A stretch of 64,000 nt of DNA from an uncultured virus (IMG/VR IMGVR_UViG_3300027791_000011). Its lineage: Duplodnaviria > Heunggongvirae > Uroviricota > Caudoviricetes. How positions within the stretch are numbered: the first letter of the stretch is position 1; each line of letters opens with the position of its first letter. The DNA lies in IMG/VR virus record IMGVR_UViG_3300027791_000011; one strand, 5' to 3'. Below, in pieces: positions 29,101 through 38,348 of the stretch. Position numbers and translations under genes: made by a program. Below the pieces are notes generated by a model. It made no database searches and was not told where the DNA came from. It worked only from the letters and a program-made list of their open reading frames with translations.

Positions 29101-32100
29101 TCGACAACTACAGCGCTTAAAGTCATAGGAACATATGGACTTAAAGGTATTTGATCTGCTACTGTAGGACCTTGACAACTATTAACTACACTGACTAAAT
29201 ATATATAAATATCTAATCCTCCAGTTAAGCTTAGGTTATTTCCACTAACAGTTTCTGTCCAAGTGTTGTCTACTAAGAGGCCTACTAAATCTGTAGAATT
29301 AAAAGATACTGTCCCTCCAGAATTTTGTATTTGAACAAATGTAGCATTATCTGTACTAAACCACAACTCAAACGGAAAGTCTCCTACAGTATTTGAAACT
29401 TCAAAAGTCCCATCATCTCCAGTCACACAAGTAGGTCCAGTTGTTTTTGGAATAGCAGTATCTTCAATAGCATTAGCTAAAATAATCTGCGTTATTGTTT
29501 CTGAGCATCCATTTTGATCAGTTACTGTCACAGTGTAAGTTCCTCCTATTAAATTAGAATCTCCTGTTGGTGTGTCTGGTGTGTAAGCCGCTCCGTCTTT
29601 AGTCCATACAAATGTATATCCCGGAGTCCCTCCAGTTGGCGTTACCTCAATTGTTCCGTCGTTTGTTGAAGCGCATGAGACGTCTGAGTATGTATAATTT
29701 ACTACTATAGAATTTCCACCTCCGAGTACAAATGTCATGTCATGAGTACATCCTGTAGCGGTTACAGTTATTGTAATAGTATATTGTGTAGCGGATGTAA
29801 CTCCCGATACTTCATATTCTCCATTTGCTGGACTACCAAGTATAACCCAAGTTCCTACTGACGCTCCACTGTTAAAATCAATTAGATTTGTAATAGTATA
29901 ATCATTAGCATTTATAAGATTTCCACTACTATCTTCTGCAATAATTGTAAATTGGGTTGGCCCAGGAGTACAAGGAGCAACGTAATTGTTTAGTATAGCT
30001 GTAGGAGAGTTTCCTTCAGTTAAAACAACACCTAACTCTTCAGCTGTACATCCATTTGAGTCTGTAACTTGAATGTCCCAAGATCCAGCACCTAATCCTG
30101 TTATAGTTGCAGTTGAAGAAAGAATCCAAGTACTAGTACCATTTAATTTATATGCATACGTATAAGTCCCACTACCTGCATTTGGAACTAATTGTATTGT
30201 TCCAGTTCCGCCACCACAAACAGCGCTTGTTGCAATATAACTTAAGCCTACAGTAGGTACTATTCCTATAGTAAAACTACCTGATACATCACAGCTATCA
30301 GGATCTACTAGAGTATAAGTATAAGTACCAGCACCTAAACCATTATTAGAAACATTTATTGTAGTAGTAGTAGATGTTAATGGTGTATTAGTAAAACTTA
30401 AACTAGGACCAGTAACACTAAACAAATAAGTTACATTAGGAGTAACATCCCAAGACATAGAAAATGATCCGTCAGAACCAGCACATGTTTCATCTGTAAT
30501 TGTAGGGGCGAAAAGCAAACTATGTGTGGCCCCTGCAACACTTAGAGTGTACGTACCTGCATTGTCAGTACAACCAGTTGCATCTGAAACATTGATTATA
30601 TATTGCCCTGCAAAAAGAGGACTAGCAGTTTGTACAGCAGATGCACTTCCTGCATTACCAGAAACAATTGCAACACCTCCACTAGTAATTGTCCAACTAT
30701 AAGGTGCAGTACCTGTAGGATTATTAGGGTCATCACAAGTAAATTGTATCTGCCCATTTGTATTACACGTAGGACTAATTATTTGAACTAAATTTATTGT
30801 AGGAGCTACACCTTGATTAGTTACAGTAAACATTTCTGAATAGCTACATCCTGTTGACCTATCAATCACCATTAACATATGGTTCCCAGGACAGACAAGC
30901 GAAGCTTTACCGCAAGAACCAGTAATAGGAATACTGGTTCCTCCAGCATCAGTCCAAAGTCCAGTTCCTGTATGATTACTATAAGGTCCAGCTGAAAATA
31001 TAGGTGTAACTGTTTGCCCAGTAAAAAGCCATAGAATATCAGCATTTTCCATATTCACTGTAGTAAGATCTGTATTTATCTGCACAGATCCAGCACAAGA
31101 AGTATTACATCCCCCATAATTTGTTACAGCTACACTTAAATTAATAGGTCCATCTGGACAACTTGCAAAGCTATTATAATAAAGAGTACTCCCATTAAAG
31201 TTACGCTGTGGACCTGTGGAGTAAGAATTCCAAGGAGTATAGTCTATCCTATCAAACCTAACAATCATTGGAGTATAAAAAGGATTAGTACCATTATAAC
31301 TACCTAATGAAGTTGATTCAATCTCCTCAGAAACACTAGAATTAAAAGCTACATTACCACTTATAGGATCTCCGTCAAAAACTCCTGCAAATACAGGATG
31401 ATGAGTACAAGTTGTAGCTGTTGATCCTGGAACTATCTCTTGATCTTCTATTCCAAATCGTGCATTTGCAGTTGCACCACTGCCCGTCCAATTAGGAGAC
31501 TTAGTGCCATACCCTTGACCATTAGCAAAATTAGATCCTGGCCCACCAGATAAATTAAACGCGCTGTAAGCGGAAGTACTATTAAACCCAGAATTGTTTT
31601 GATCCCCTGCTTTAGCTAAACTAATTAATCCATATTCAGGCTGGAAAGTAACCGCAGCTCCAACATATCCATTGTCTAATAGAGGTGTTGCTCCTTGGAG
31701 CAGTCTGTCAGAAGACGTTGCACCTTCTAATAATCCACCGGAAATTTTATTAGTACCCATATTTCCAATAGGAGATATGTGATCCATCATAATCGCTGAA
31801 GTTCCTTGATTAAATGTATTGAAATACCAAGTGGCTGTACCACCTGTCGGGTGCCAATGAGTATCTCCTATGTGTTGTACTGCACCGGAAATTTTATTTC
31901 TTATTATAATATCCCAACCACTGTTTCCTGTAGTGTCTGAATTCTGTCCAACATCATTAAGTATATCGTAACCTGCACCCTGAAAATACTGAGAGTAAAT
32001 CTGCTCATGTACAGTATTGTAACTAGAGTTATCAAAACCCATTTCTGTATCCGTCATCGTATTCCCCTTAGTATTTAGTTGGGTTATATGCGATGCTAAA

Positions 32101-32963
32101 TAATGATTAGGAATATGATGCTGTCCTCCTTGTATAGGTTCTTTAGATATAAATACACATTTTCTTTTATCAGCGGCTGAAAAATTATTAAACCTAGGAT
32201 CTGTAGCGTTTATTTGAGACCAAAGATTGTCAGCAAAAATTATTGCTTTAGCAGTATCAAACATATCACCAGCAGTAAAAAAGTCAAGAGTTTCCCCAGT
32301 AAGGGAATCTTGAAAATCAATAGTTAAGTCGCTACTATTAAGAGTACTTGCAGTTGGATCTGAAGTAGAAAATAAAGGCACAAAAGGAATAATGTAATCT
32401 AGATTATGTTCTTTATTTGAGTTCCAATTATATGCGGTAGTACCGTTTACATAATTATTAGCAGGATCACCACACGAATTTATAAATTGAAAAAAGGTAC
32501 TACCATTTCTAGCTTCACGAAATCTATACGTTCCCCTTAACCGTATTGTTGATGAGTTTGCAAAAGAGGATATGTTAGACCTTCCTAGCATACCAGCAGG
32601 AGTATCCTCTGGATACAACACACAAATCATATGCTGCTTTGCTCCATTGCTGGCGTTAGTGTTGCTACCCCATGAACCATATCCGTTTGGTTCATTAGGA
32701 GTTAGTACAGTTCCACCTGCAGATTTTGCTGTACCTTGAAGGTACTCACAGTAATTGTCTGATGCTCCAGCCACTCCCCATGTTGTTCTAGTTACAGTTC
32801 CTGTACCTCCTTGAAGTACAGCAGAGTTGGAATGTAAAGGACCCATTAAAAATCTTAACCCTCTTTTATCACCACCCGAATCTACCCAATTACTAATGTC
32901 TAAGTGATCATACCCGCCTGTATCATTCAGGCCTATCATGTTTATCCATTCTCCGTAAGCCAT
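26193..32963 (-). CDS. Giant (2256 aa) tail adhesin-like protein with SprB repeats, Cys-rich modules and a PA14-like domain
   Basis: Repeats such as DVSCASTNDGTIEVTPTGGTPGYTFVW...GTYTVTVTDQNGC, LAGDDEVRFSVDG...PGKHTL, and an EGF-like CGCPPGYEL. No signal peptide. Confidence 0.75.
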   Translation of the reverse strand: MAYGEWINMIGLNDTGGYDHLDISNWVDSGGDKRGLRFLMGPLHSNSAVLQGGTGTVTRTTWGVAGASDNYCEYLQGTAKSAGGTVLTPNEPNGYGSWGSNTNASNGAKQHMICVLYPEDTPAGMLGRSNISSFANSSTIRLRGTYRFREARNGSTFFQFINSCGDPANNYVNGTTAYNWNSNKEHNLDYIIPFVPLFSTSDPTASTLNSSDLTIDFQDSLTGETLDFFTAGDMFDTAKAIIFADNLWSQINATDPRFNNFSAADKRKCVFISKEPIQGGQHHIPNHYLASHITQLNTKGNTMTDTEMGFDNSSYNTVHEQIYSQYFQGAGYDILNDVGQNSDTTGNSGWDIIIRNKISGAVQHIGDTHWHPTGGTATWYFNTFNQGTSAIMMDHISPIGNMGTNKISGGLLEGATSSDRLLQGATPLLDNGYVGAAVTFQPEYGLISLAKAGDQNNSGFNSTSAYSAFNLSGGPGSNFANGQGYGTKSPNWTGSGATANARFGIEDQEIVPGSTATTCTHHPVFAGVFDGDPISGNVAFNSSVSEEIESTSLGSYNGTNPFYTPMIVRFDRIDYTPWNSYSTGPQRNFNGSTLYYNSFASCPDGPINLSVAVTNYGGCNTSCAGSVQINTDLTTVNMENADILWLFTGQTVTPIFSAGPYSNHTGTGLWTDAGGTSIPITGSCGKASLVCPGNHMLMVIDRSTGCSYSEMFTVTNQGVAPTINLVQIISPTCNTNGQIQFTCDDPNNPTGTAPYSWTITSGGVAIVSGNAGSASAVQTASPLFAGQYIINVSDATGCTDNAGTYTLSVAGATHSLLFAPTITDETCAGSDGSFSMSWDVTPNVTYLFSVTGPSLSFTNTPLTSTTTTINVSNNGLGAGTYTYTLVDPDSCDVSGSFTIGIVPTVGLSYIATSAVCGGGTGTIQLVPNAGSGTYTYAYKLNGTSTWILSSTATITGLGAGSWDIQVTDSNGCTAEELGVVLTEGNSPTAILNNYVAPCTPGPTQFTIIAEDSSGNLINANDYTITNLIDFNSGASVGTWVILGSPANGEYEVSGVTSATQYTITITVTATGCTHDMTFVLGGGNSIVVNYTYSDVSCASTNDGTIEVTPTGGTPGYTFVWTKDGAAYTPDTPTGDSNLIGGTYTVTVTDQNGCSETITQIILANAIEDTAIPKTTGPTCVTGDDGTFEVSNTVGDFPFELWFSTDNATFVQIQNSGGTVSFNSTDLVGLLVDNTWTETVSGNNLSLTGGLDIYIYLVSVVNSCQGPTVADQIPLSPYVPMTLSAVVVDSNCCDECSGEIDLTVHDGVGPFTYSWITTSGAHTSTTNTATWPGATIEDIRALCPGDYEVTVTDFCGETVTGTWTIANNPVLIEDIQYTHPYCNDCGCGSITITASGGVGDLYYSIDDGLHWVNTDPNATDSGPTIFNITNYNASTTTPGTWTSIVDANTNITYYGFDNLDSGIYRIWVHDASPCFNPMFDDMIEDCNPGGPATCVNFCVDCTEDNCYADFVDIFADHSVAIWNGGTKVELESISNLNVTTTGHTGVSIMGGTNGTFTFEVQEDFWWPGMNWAIEVFIEDPGASSLSYDSNLFSPYYGDVCCDVPGTGSCNLDCCADHQVKFDFTAGGGQGGHECGTPSCSANNSGWCFQLTETSAGTEICPEIDGGLNSQGYFYYTPTQAQMGAPVEFTLTNLSVTAPLGAAALEAMYVVRVTNNVIDAPASSYGGTSGSPLIAPIENCDNCAAAVLDNGMLNLIDIFGAENCDCGCPPGYELDENQYTEDLNTGTCSVAGNNNYIDCTNAAGVWTGNLIVNPNFNTCIGFENEAAPLYGKCFDANAGTVIGGVNNPVDCLNISGVWKNNWTAVTVAQNMPCCANTLTWGQVGAKIFGVWTGGTYTSPVPVGQDVNLLPFTSQLPTLPGEAEVIDVGAGILATDPSWTMNFPVYNNRLKDIGIWPQWFNQYTSTTTAHQPVNSRPGITICTIDIPVATNFILALAGDDEVRFSVDGQVYIHLLNQTSNNTFWNLFPIALLPGKHTLQFDGKNVTGPAAFAFELYNQNVGGIPTVAYLADPTLTATDLQNITVLDGGGTPISSESYINGEFHSTTAQFVGHECTGTQHLTYCNGVFRCAGTASAEPDCPECLDDLEDIVGCVGNLATTVYDKMLGGVLDMNSFTYNTIDVWRVLLIRYLIKRFGLGFRGSCLSPKILLTWTTYLTKICPDCASKAKTDEDVDYLPDPNESSSPIRGVDGVDDIQNFDF

Positions 32964-33547
32964 TAGCAGTTACAATTACATTCGTTAGTACTGCACATAC
33001 TTTTAGCTTTTAAATATTTTTTATATGCTTTTTTAAATTGATCTGGTGTCTGTAAACAATCTGTTGTGTTTACTTTAGCTCCTTGTATTAATAAATATAT
33101 TTTACTTATTACATCAAGAGCTTTAGAACATTCTTCGTCACAACTACAATCTATTAACTCAGTTAATTTACTTGCAATACAACAATCTATGTCACAATGT
33201 CCTACAACACCCGCAGTAAATGTTGTCCCTGGATCTACTGGATCTTGAATAACTATCATAAAAACTCCATTCAAAGATTCTTCTGTTGCAGTAGAAATAT
33301 TAAGAAAAGTTAATTCTGTTGCTCCTGAGCCATTTAAAGCTACAGGACTATTTAATACATATCCATTTATAGTTAATCCTGTTGCAGGATCTACATTCCC
33401 ATTATAAGGTTGGGTCGGATCTAAGAGTTCATATATTTGTGATGGACTCTCAAAATCGTTATGGAATAGTGTATACGTAGCGCCTGAAGGAGCCCCCGAA
33501 ACTTGCAAGGTTTTACAATCAGCACTTAGTGAAAAAGATACAGGCAT
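32963..33547 (-). CDS. Cys-rich putative tail hub/attachment protein
   Basis: IDCCIA..CSC and terminal CSTNECNCNC; first gene of the tail-appendage operon. Confidence 0.5.
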   Translation of the reverse strand: MPVSFSLSADCKTLQVSGAPSGATYTLFHNDFESPSQIYELLDPTQPYNGNVDPATGLTINGYVLNSPVALNGSGATELTFLNISTATEESLNGVFMIVIQDPVDPGTTFTAGVVGHCDIDCCIASKLTELIDCSCDEECSKALDVISKIYLLIQGAKVNTTDCLQTPDQFKKAYKKYLKAKSMCSTNECNCNC

Positions 33548-33567
33548 TTAATTTAAGTTTTAAAGTT

Positions 33568-33600
33568 AAAAAAAGGAAGGGGGTATTAACCCCCGACCTC
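33568..33600 (-). terminator. Rho-independent terminator after the auxiliary capsid gene
   Basis: Minus strand reads GGGGGT-TAAT-ACCCCC followed by TTCCTTTTTTT. Confidence 0.8.
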
Positions 33601-33614
33601 TTATTGATCATTCT

Positions 33615-34631
33615 CTATGCAGAGAATAATATTGTTTTATCTGTTACTGCAGCTTGATCCATGAACATGTTATCTAACACAGTATCTCCTGCAGCCATTT
33701 CTGTAGAACTATCACCAATATATATTCTTATAGTATTCAATTCACCTGCAGGAGCAATTCCTGTTGAGTTAGGGTGGTTGTGTCTGTAAGTAACATCCAT
33801 TACATGATATTTCCATGTTTTTGTTGCAAATGTCTCAGCAGTCTTTGGAAGGTATAATCTATTTAAATGACCATATCTACCTTGAGTTTTTTTCTCATCT
33901 GATAAAGCTTGAGCATAATTTCCAACTCCTACAATAGGAGCATGAACTTTAAAGATGTTAGCAACTGTACCAGCACTAACAGTAATAGCAGTATCACTAT
34001 CATCAATTACTTGAAATGATGTTCCAAACTCTTTAGCAGTAATCGTAAAGTCAGAAGTATTAGCTAAAGCTGCAGAAACTGCTGCTGCTTTATCTGCATT
34101 TACTGCATCTACTAAACCTTGACATATTTCTGCTGCAGTTGCTGAAGCATCTGATACATACTCATAATTTCTAATTTCTCCAGTTCTATCTGATAACTCT
34201 TTAGCATTAGTAGGATTAGCATATTCAGAATAATCGTTGATAGATCCAATATACTTTACTATTACTTTAATAGCAAACCTAGTGTTGTTATTAGTATTAC
34301 TGATAGTCTCAGTTGTAGTGTTTCCAGCTTTTACAGCCGTAACGTGCTCTTTCCAATCTACTCTTACAATATCTCTTGTATTAATGATTGGAGACGATAA
34401 AGGATTACCTGTTGTTCTCCCTTGAACGAATTGTACTCTTGATTTAACCCATTGTTCTGTACCCCCTGTTGGCTTGTCTACATATAAATCTGCAGCAGCT
34501 CCGTCAGTGTTATTTGTACCTTCACCTAAAATACCTACAATACCAGATCCAATCGCGCTCATCGCTTGATTGTTTGATACTACCGCATTTGAGATGAACA
34601 CTTGAGATAAATTACTTCCATTTCTTGACAT
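33615..34631 (-). CDS. Auxiliary capsid protein (crAss-like)
   Basis: 338 aa, Ala/Thr-rich, third gene downstream of the MCP and followed by a terminator. Confidence 0.6.
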   Translation of the reverse strand: MSRNGSNLSQVFISNAVVSNNQAMSAIGSGIVGILGEGTNNTDGAAADLYVDKPTGGTEQWVKSRVQFVQGRTTGNPLSSPIINTRDIVRVDWKEHVTAVKAGNTTTETISNTNNNTRFAIKVIVKYIGSINDYSEYANPTNAKELSDRTGEIRNYEYVSDASATAAEICQGLVDAVNADKAAAVSAALANTSDFTITAKEFGTSFQVIDDSDTAITVSAGTVANIFKVHAPIVGVGNYAQALSDEKKTQGRYGHLNRLYLPKTAETFATKTWKYHVMDVTYRHNHPNSTGIAPAGELNTIRIYIGDSSTEMAAGDTVLDNMFMDQAAVTDKTILFSA

Positions 34632-34666
34632 AATTTTTGTTTTTAATTATTAATAATAAATTGATC

Positions 34667-35896
34667 TTATTCAGATCTTAATTCCTCCATCCTATTTGTT
34701 TGATACCTTGGGTCTGCTAACCCCTCAAGAATGCTAGCTACAGACATATCAACAATTTCTTGGTGAGTATGTTCAGCTAGTTCACAAGTTATAACAGATC
34801 CTGTAGTACTACTAATAGCACGAGGTTTTCTTAAATACGTAAGTTTTACCTTAGGCACAAAAAAAGTTTCATCAGTATATATATCTAAATTGCTCCCATT
34901 TATAGTCGAGAGCGGACTTGTATGTTTTGTTTTGTTAAAAGGATCATCTAATAATGTGTAGATATCATCTAACTGTGAAAATCTATTTACAGACGATGTT
35001 GTATATTTAACATCATCGCAAGACCTACTAAGTACTTCTGGTTGAGAATCTATACGAGGAACTCCATCAGAACGTACACCATCTCTATCACTTACAGCTG
35101 AATTAGTATTACATCTCCATCTTTCAACTACAATAAAGCAATCAGGATTAGTAAAAATGGTTGCTGTACCATCATCTCTAAATGTCCAATAAGGAGGTAA
35201 AACTATACCTACTACTGGATTACCTGATGGTGGTGACCAAGCTGGTACACTACCTGTCGGATCAAGATTTATAAATGTAGTAACACCAGAATTATTTAAA
35301 TATTGATTATCTGTGTATACAGAATTATCAGTACAACCTCCTGTTATACCTCCCATAGCCTGATTGTAAACATCTATTTGCTGTGGAACTCCATTTTCAT
35401 CATATACTTCAATCAGTATCTTGTTTACCCAATAGGTGTCATTAGGGTTATAACCAACCATCGAATAATTATCCCATGAAAACTCGTAAAGATCAACCAT
35501 AGCCCACTGTAGTGGTTGCATGGCAGGTATAATACAATCCATTTTTTGACAATTATTATGATACACTAAACTTCTTTGATTCAGCAAAAACATATATTTA
35601 TTATCCTCAGGCAATACTATTGAATCTATAAATACATTATGGTCTACTTGACCTTTATATGTAGTAGTAATAGATTCTTCAGTTATTAATCTTCTTAGAT
35701 CATCTATTCTTTTTTGAGATTGTTCAAATCCTTTAGAATATTTATTTCCAAATTGATTATACCTGCCTTTAACAAATTTATCTTGAGCTTTGTTAAGTTC
35801 AAAATCAATTTCTTGAGGTAATAAAACGTCAACCTGGTGGGATGCAATTTTTTGCACCCCTTGGTTGACAGCTATATGCATTTCTGGTACGGTCAT
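34667..35896 (-). CDS. Tail ring protein with large internal insertion
   Basis: EIDFELNKAQ, GFEQSQKRIDDL, YLRKP and CELAEHTHQEIVDMSV motifs. Confidence 0.7.
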   Translation of the reverse strand: MTVPEMHIAVNQGVQKIASHQVDVLLPQEIDFELNKAQDKFVKGRYNQFGNKYSKGFEQSQKRIDDLRRLITEESITTTYKGQVDHNVFIDSIVLPEDNKYMFLLNQRSLVYHNNCQKMDCIIPAMQPLQWAMVDLYEFSWDNYSMVGYNPNDTYWVNKILIEVYDENGVPQQIDVYNQAMGGITGGCTDNSVYTDNQYLNNSGVTTFINLDPTGSVPAWSPPSGNPVVGIVLPPYWTFRDDGTATIFTNPDCFIVVERWRCNTNSAVSDRDGVRSDGVPRIDSQPEVLSRSCDDVKYTTSSVNRFSQLDDIYTLLDDPFNKTKHTSPLSTINGSNLDIYTDETFFVPKVKLTYLRKPRAISSTTGSVITCELAEHTHQEIVDMSVASILEGLADPRYQTNRMEELRSE

Positions 35897-36699
35897 TAAA
35901 TAATTACTTCTTTAAGTTTCGCTCTTAGCGTTGTTAATGTTCCAGAATTCTTTTTATCTTTCATATACACAATAGTATCTTCTGTTGTTTCTCCAAGAAC
36001 CTCGTCTATATGGATAACTTGATTTCCAATTTTTCTTAAAACTCCAGCTGAAACCATTTCTTCAATTTCTGCTTTTAGTTCTAAATTCTTATCTCTAGCA
36101 ATTCTAATGAACTTTGCTGGCTCATTGTTTTTAATTTCATATAGAATTGTTTCCTTTTGATCGATATTTAGAGTTTCAGGCTTAGCTTTTGACATCATAC
36201 GTAACATTCTGTCCATTGTAGCGGGATCGCTAGATGCTTTAATATATTCTTTATCTGCGTCTTTTCTTAATCTCACTTGTTTAGCTTTTGCCATTTCGTC
36301 GCTTTTATTATCATGGATATAAAACTTATGTGTGCTTAACATATCATTTTTACTGCCTGCACATTTAGGATGTTTTAAAGCAAACCTATATTGTAAATAG
36401 TGTTCTGCATTAAGTGGCATCTCATTTTCATCTAGTCCTACTTCCAATTCAACTCCTCCAAACGGAACCTTAATACTTAGTTCTGTCCAAAATCGTCTTT
36501 CATGATGTGGCCAGTCCTGATGGTCTGGGTTAACATCTAAAAGCCCTTTCATTAATTTTTTAGCTTCCTCTCCTTCTATACCTTTTAAAGGTTGTCTTCC
36601 TACAAAACAACTACTTAATCTTACTTGTGCTGCAACTCGTACAGCTTCTGGTAAATGATCAAGCGTGTTTTCTTTTCTTCTTATCCAAATTTTTCTCAT
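35896..36699 (-). CDS. Conserved crAss-like protein downstream of the MCP (gene 75-like)
   Basis: Synteny; FWTELSIKVP and YLQYRFALKHP motifs. Confidence 0.6.
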   Translation of the reverse strand: MRKIWIRRKENTLDHLPEAVRVAAQVRLSSCFVGRQPLKGIEGEEAKKLMKGLLDVNPDHQDWPHHERRFWTELSIKVPFGGVELEVGLDENEMPLNAEHYLQYRFALKHPKCAGSKNDMLSTHKFYIHDNKSDEMAKAKQVRLRKDADKEYIKASSDPATMDRMLRMMSKAKPETLNIDQKETILYEIKNNEPAKFIRIARDKNLELKAEIEEMVSAGVLRKIGNQVIHIDEVLGETTEDTIVYMKDKKNSGTLTTLRAKLKEVII

Positions 36700-36772
36700 A
36701 GTGTGGTACTTTTATAGTTTAAATTAGTCGGATGTAAAGTATAACTCTCCTAATTTTGTATTCTAGATATTT

Positions 36773-36805
36773 AAAATAGAGGGGGAATTTCACCCCCCAC
36801 TACTT
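36773..36805 (-). terminator. Terminator downstream of the MCP
   Basis: Minus strand reads TAGTGGGGGG-TGAAA-TTCCCCCTCTA-TTTT. Confidence 0.7.
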
Positions 36806-36863
36806 TAAAACTAAATATATAGACTACGATGTAACACAGTGCTAGCTTCCTAGCATTGCTTCT

Positions 36864-38300
36864 TTATGATTTTACACATGTAATATCTAATGATGTATCG
36901 AATCGTCTTAGTACAATACCTGCTGTTTTAAGCATGTGTACACTAGCACCATCAATATCAGAAGCTCTAGCATTACCTTGGTCGAAACCTCTAGGCACTA
37001 CAGAACCACCAACAGCCCAACGCATCATTTCACGACCTTTTTTATTGATCATTTGTACGTTAGCTTGTCCGTCATAATTAGATTGATCTACAAAAACCAT
37101 ACGGTAAGACTCCATAGAGTAACCAGTTACTGGATGCTTTTTAGCTGCATCAGCAACAGGACCATGATCAAACATAGGATGCTTAACTACATTTACTGAA
37201 TGCCCATCAATATGGTCATATCTAGTAAAGTAACCAGTCATTCCTAATGATCTACCTGATCCAGTAATGAATTTACTATCAGCATTAATAGTCCAAGGTG
37301 TACCAGCACCAGTAGTGAAACCACCTGTATAACCTTTCATAGCGTTATCAAATTCTCTCATACCACCTGTACCTGTAAACAATGTAACTTGCTTGTCATT
37401 ACCATCTGTCATTCCATAGAATAAATCACCGATTATATTCTTAAGTTTTGTCTCTGTCATAGTAGAGTACGTGTCCTTATTAACAACTTGTTGTAAAAGA
37501 CCCGGACCTGTAATTACAGGTTGAGCATTTTCATCAAGCATGGTAGTTATACCATTAGCGTCATAAGTTTTTTCACCATACCAATACATCAACTCACATT
37601 CTTCTTTAAATTTAAGCATGTGTGTATACTCTTCATAATCCATCCAAAGCTTAGTAGTCTTACCACCTTTAACAGGTAATGAGAATTCAGCTACATAATC
37701 TTTAGCATTTCCTGCGAAATGATAAGATTTTCTAACTGTACCAATCTTTGCGCGAACCATACCTGGAGCAGACCAATTAGAAGCGTTACCTCTAGAAAAG
37801 TCTAATCCAACGTTAGCATACATTTGTGCCCAATTTGCTCCTGACTCAAAATCACCAGCTGATAAACCAGTAGATCCTGGCTCAACTAACTGCATTGAGT
37901 AATCATATCCAACACCACCAGCTGCAGCAGTAGGTTCAGACATAATTCTTGCCTGTGTTCCGTTTGCTGAGATTAGAGTGTATGGAAAAATAAACCACTT
38001 ATCCGGAAATGTTAAGGTAAAAGGAGCGCCACTTGCTCCGTCACCTGAAGAAGCTGCTGCTACCAATGGACGTACGTTAACTTCATGAGTTTTTACGCGG
38101 TATTCATATTCCCATCTATCGATGGATTTAGTGTTACCAACACCCTCAGTTAGCATAGTCAATGGAAACTTTCTATCTTCTCTTCCAGCTAAGTGCGTAA
38201 TAATTGGAGATAACTCAGTTGGTCTCTCCAATAACGCATTTGCCAAACTGTTTGAGTCTGTCATTTGCGCGTCATTGTAATACGTCCTTAATACTTGCAT
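36864..38300 (-). CDS. Major capsid protein (crAss-like HK97 fold)
   Basis: 478 aa. ECELMYWYG, ITGPGLLQQ, LFTGTGGMREFD and HPMFD..HPVTGYSMESYRMVFVD motifs, in portal-scaffold-MCP order. Confidence 0.9.
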   Translation of the reverse strand: MQVLRTYYNDAQMTDSNSLANALLERPTELSPIITHLAGREDRKFPLTMLTEGVGNTKSIDRWEYEYRVKTHEVNVRPLVAAASSGDGASGAPFTLTFPDKWFIFPYTLISANGTQARIMSEPTAAAGGVGYDYSMQLVEPGSTGLSAGDFESGANWAQMYANVGLDFSRGNASNWSAPGMVRAKIGTVRKSYHFAGNAKDYVAEFSLPVKGGKTTKLWMDYEEYTHMLKFKEECELMYWYGEKTYDANGITTMLDENAQPVITGPGLLQQVVNKDTYSTMTETKLKNIIGDLFYGMTDGNDKQVTLFTGTGGMREFDNAMKGYTGGFTTGAGTPWTINADSKFITGSGRSLGMTGYFTRYDHIDGHSVNVVKHPMFDHGPVADAAKKHPVTGYSMESYRMVFVDQSNYDGQANVQMINKKGREMMRWAVGGSVVPRGFDQGNARASDIDGASVHMLKTAGIVLRRFDTSLDITCVKS

Positions 38301-38348
38301 TTTTTAATTCAATTTTTATGGGACCCTATCTCCCAATTCCGGGTACTA

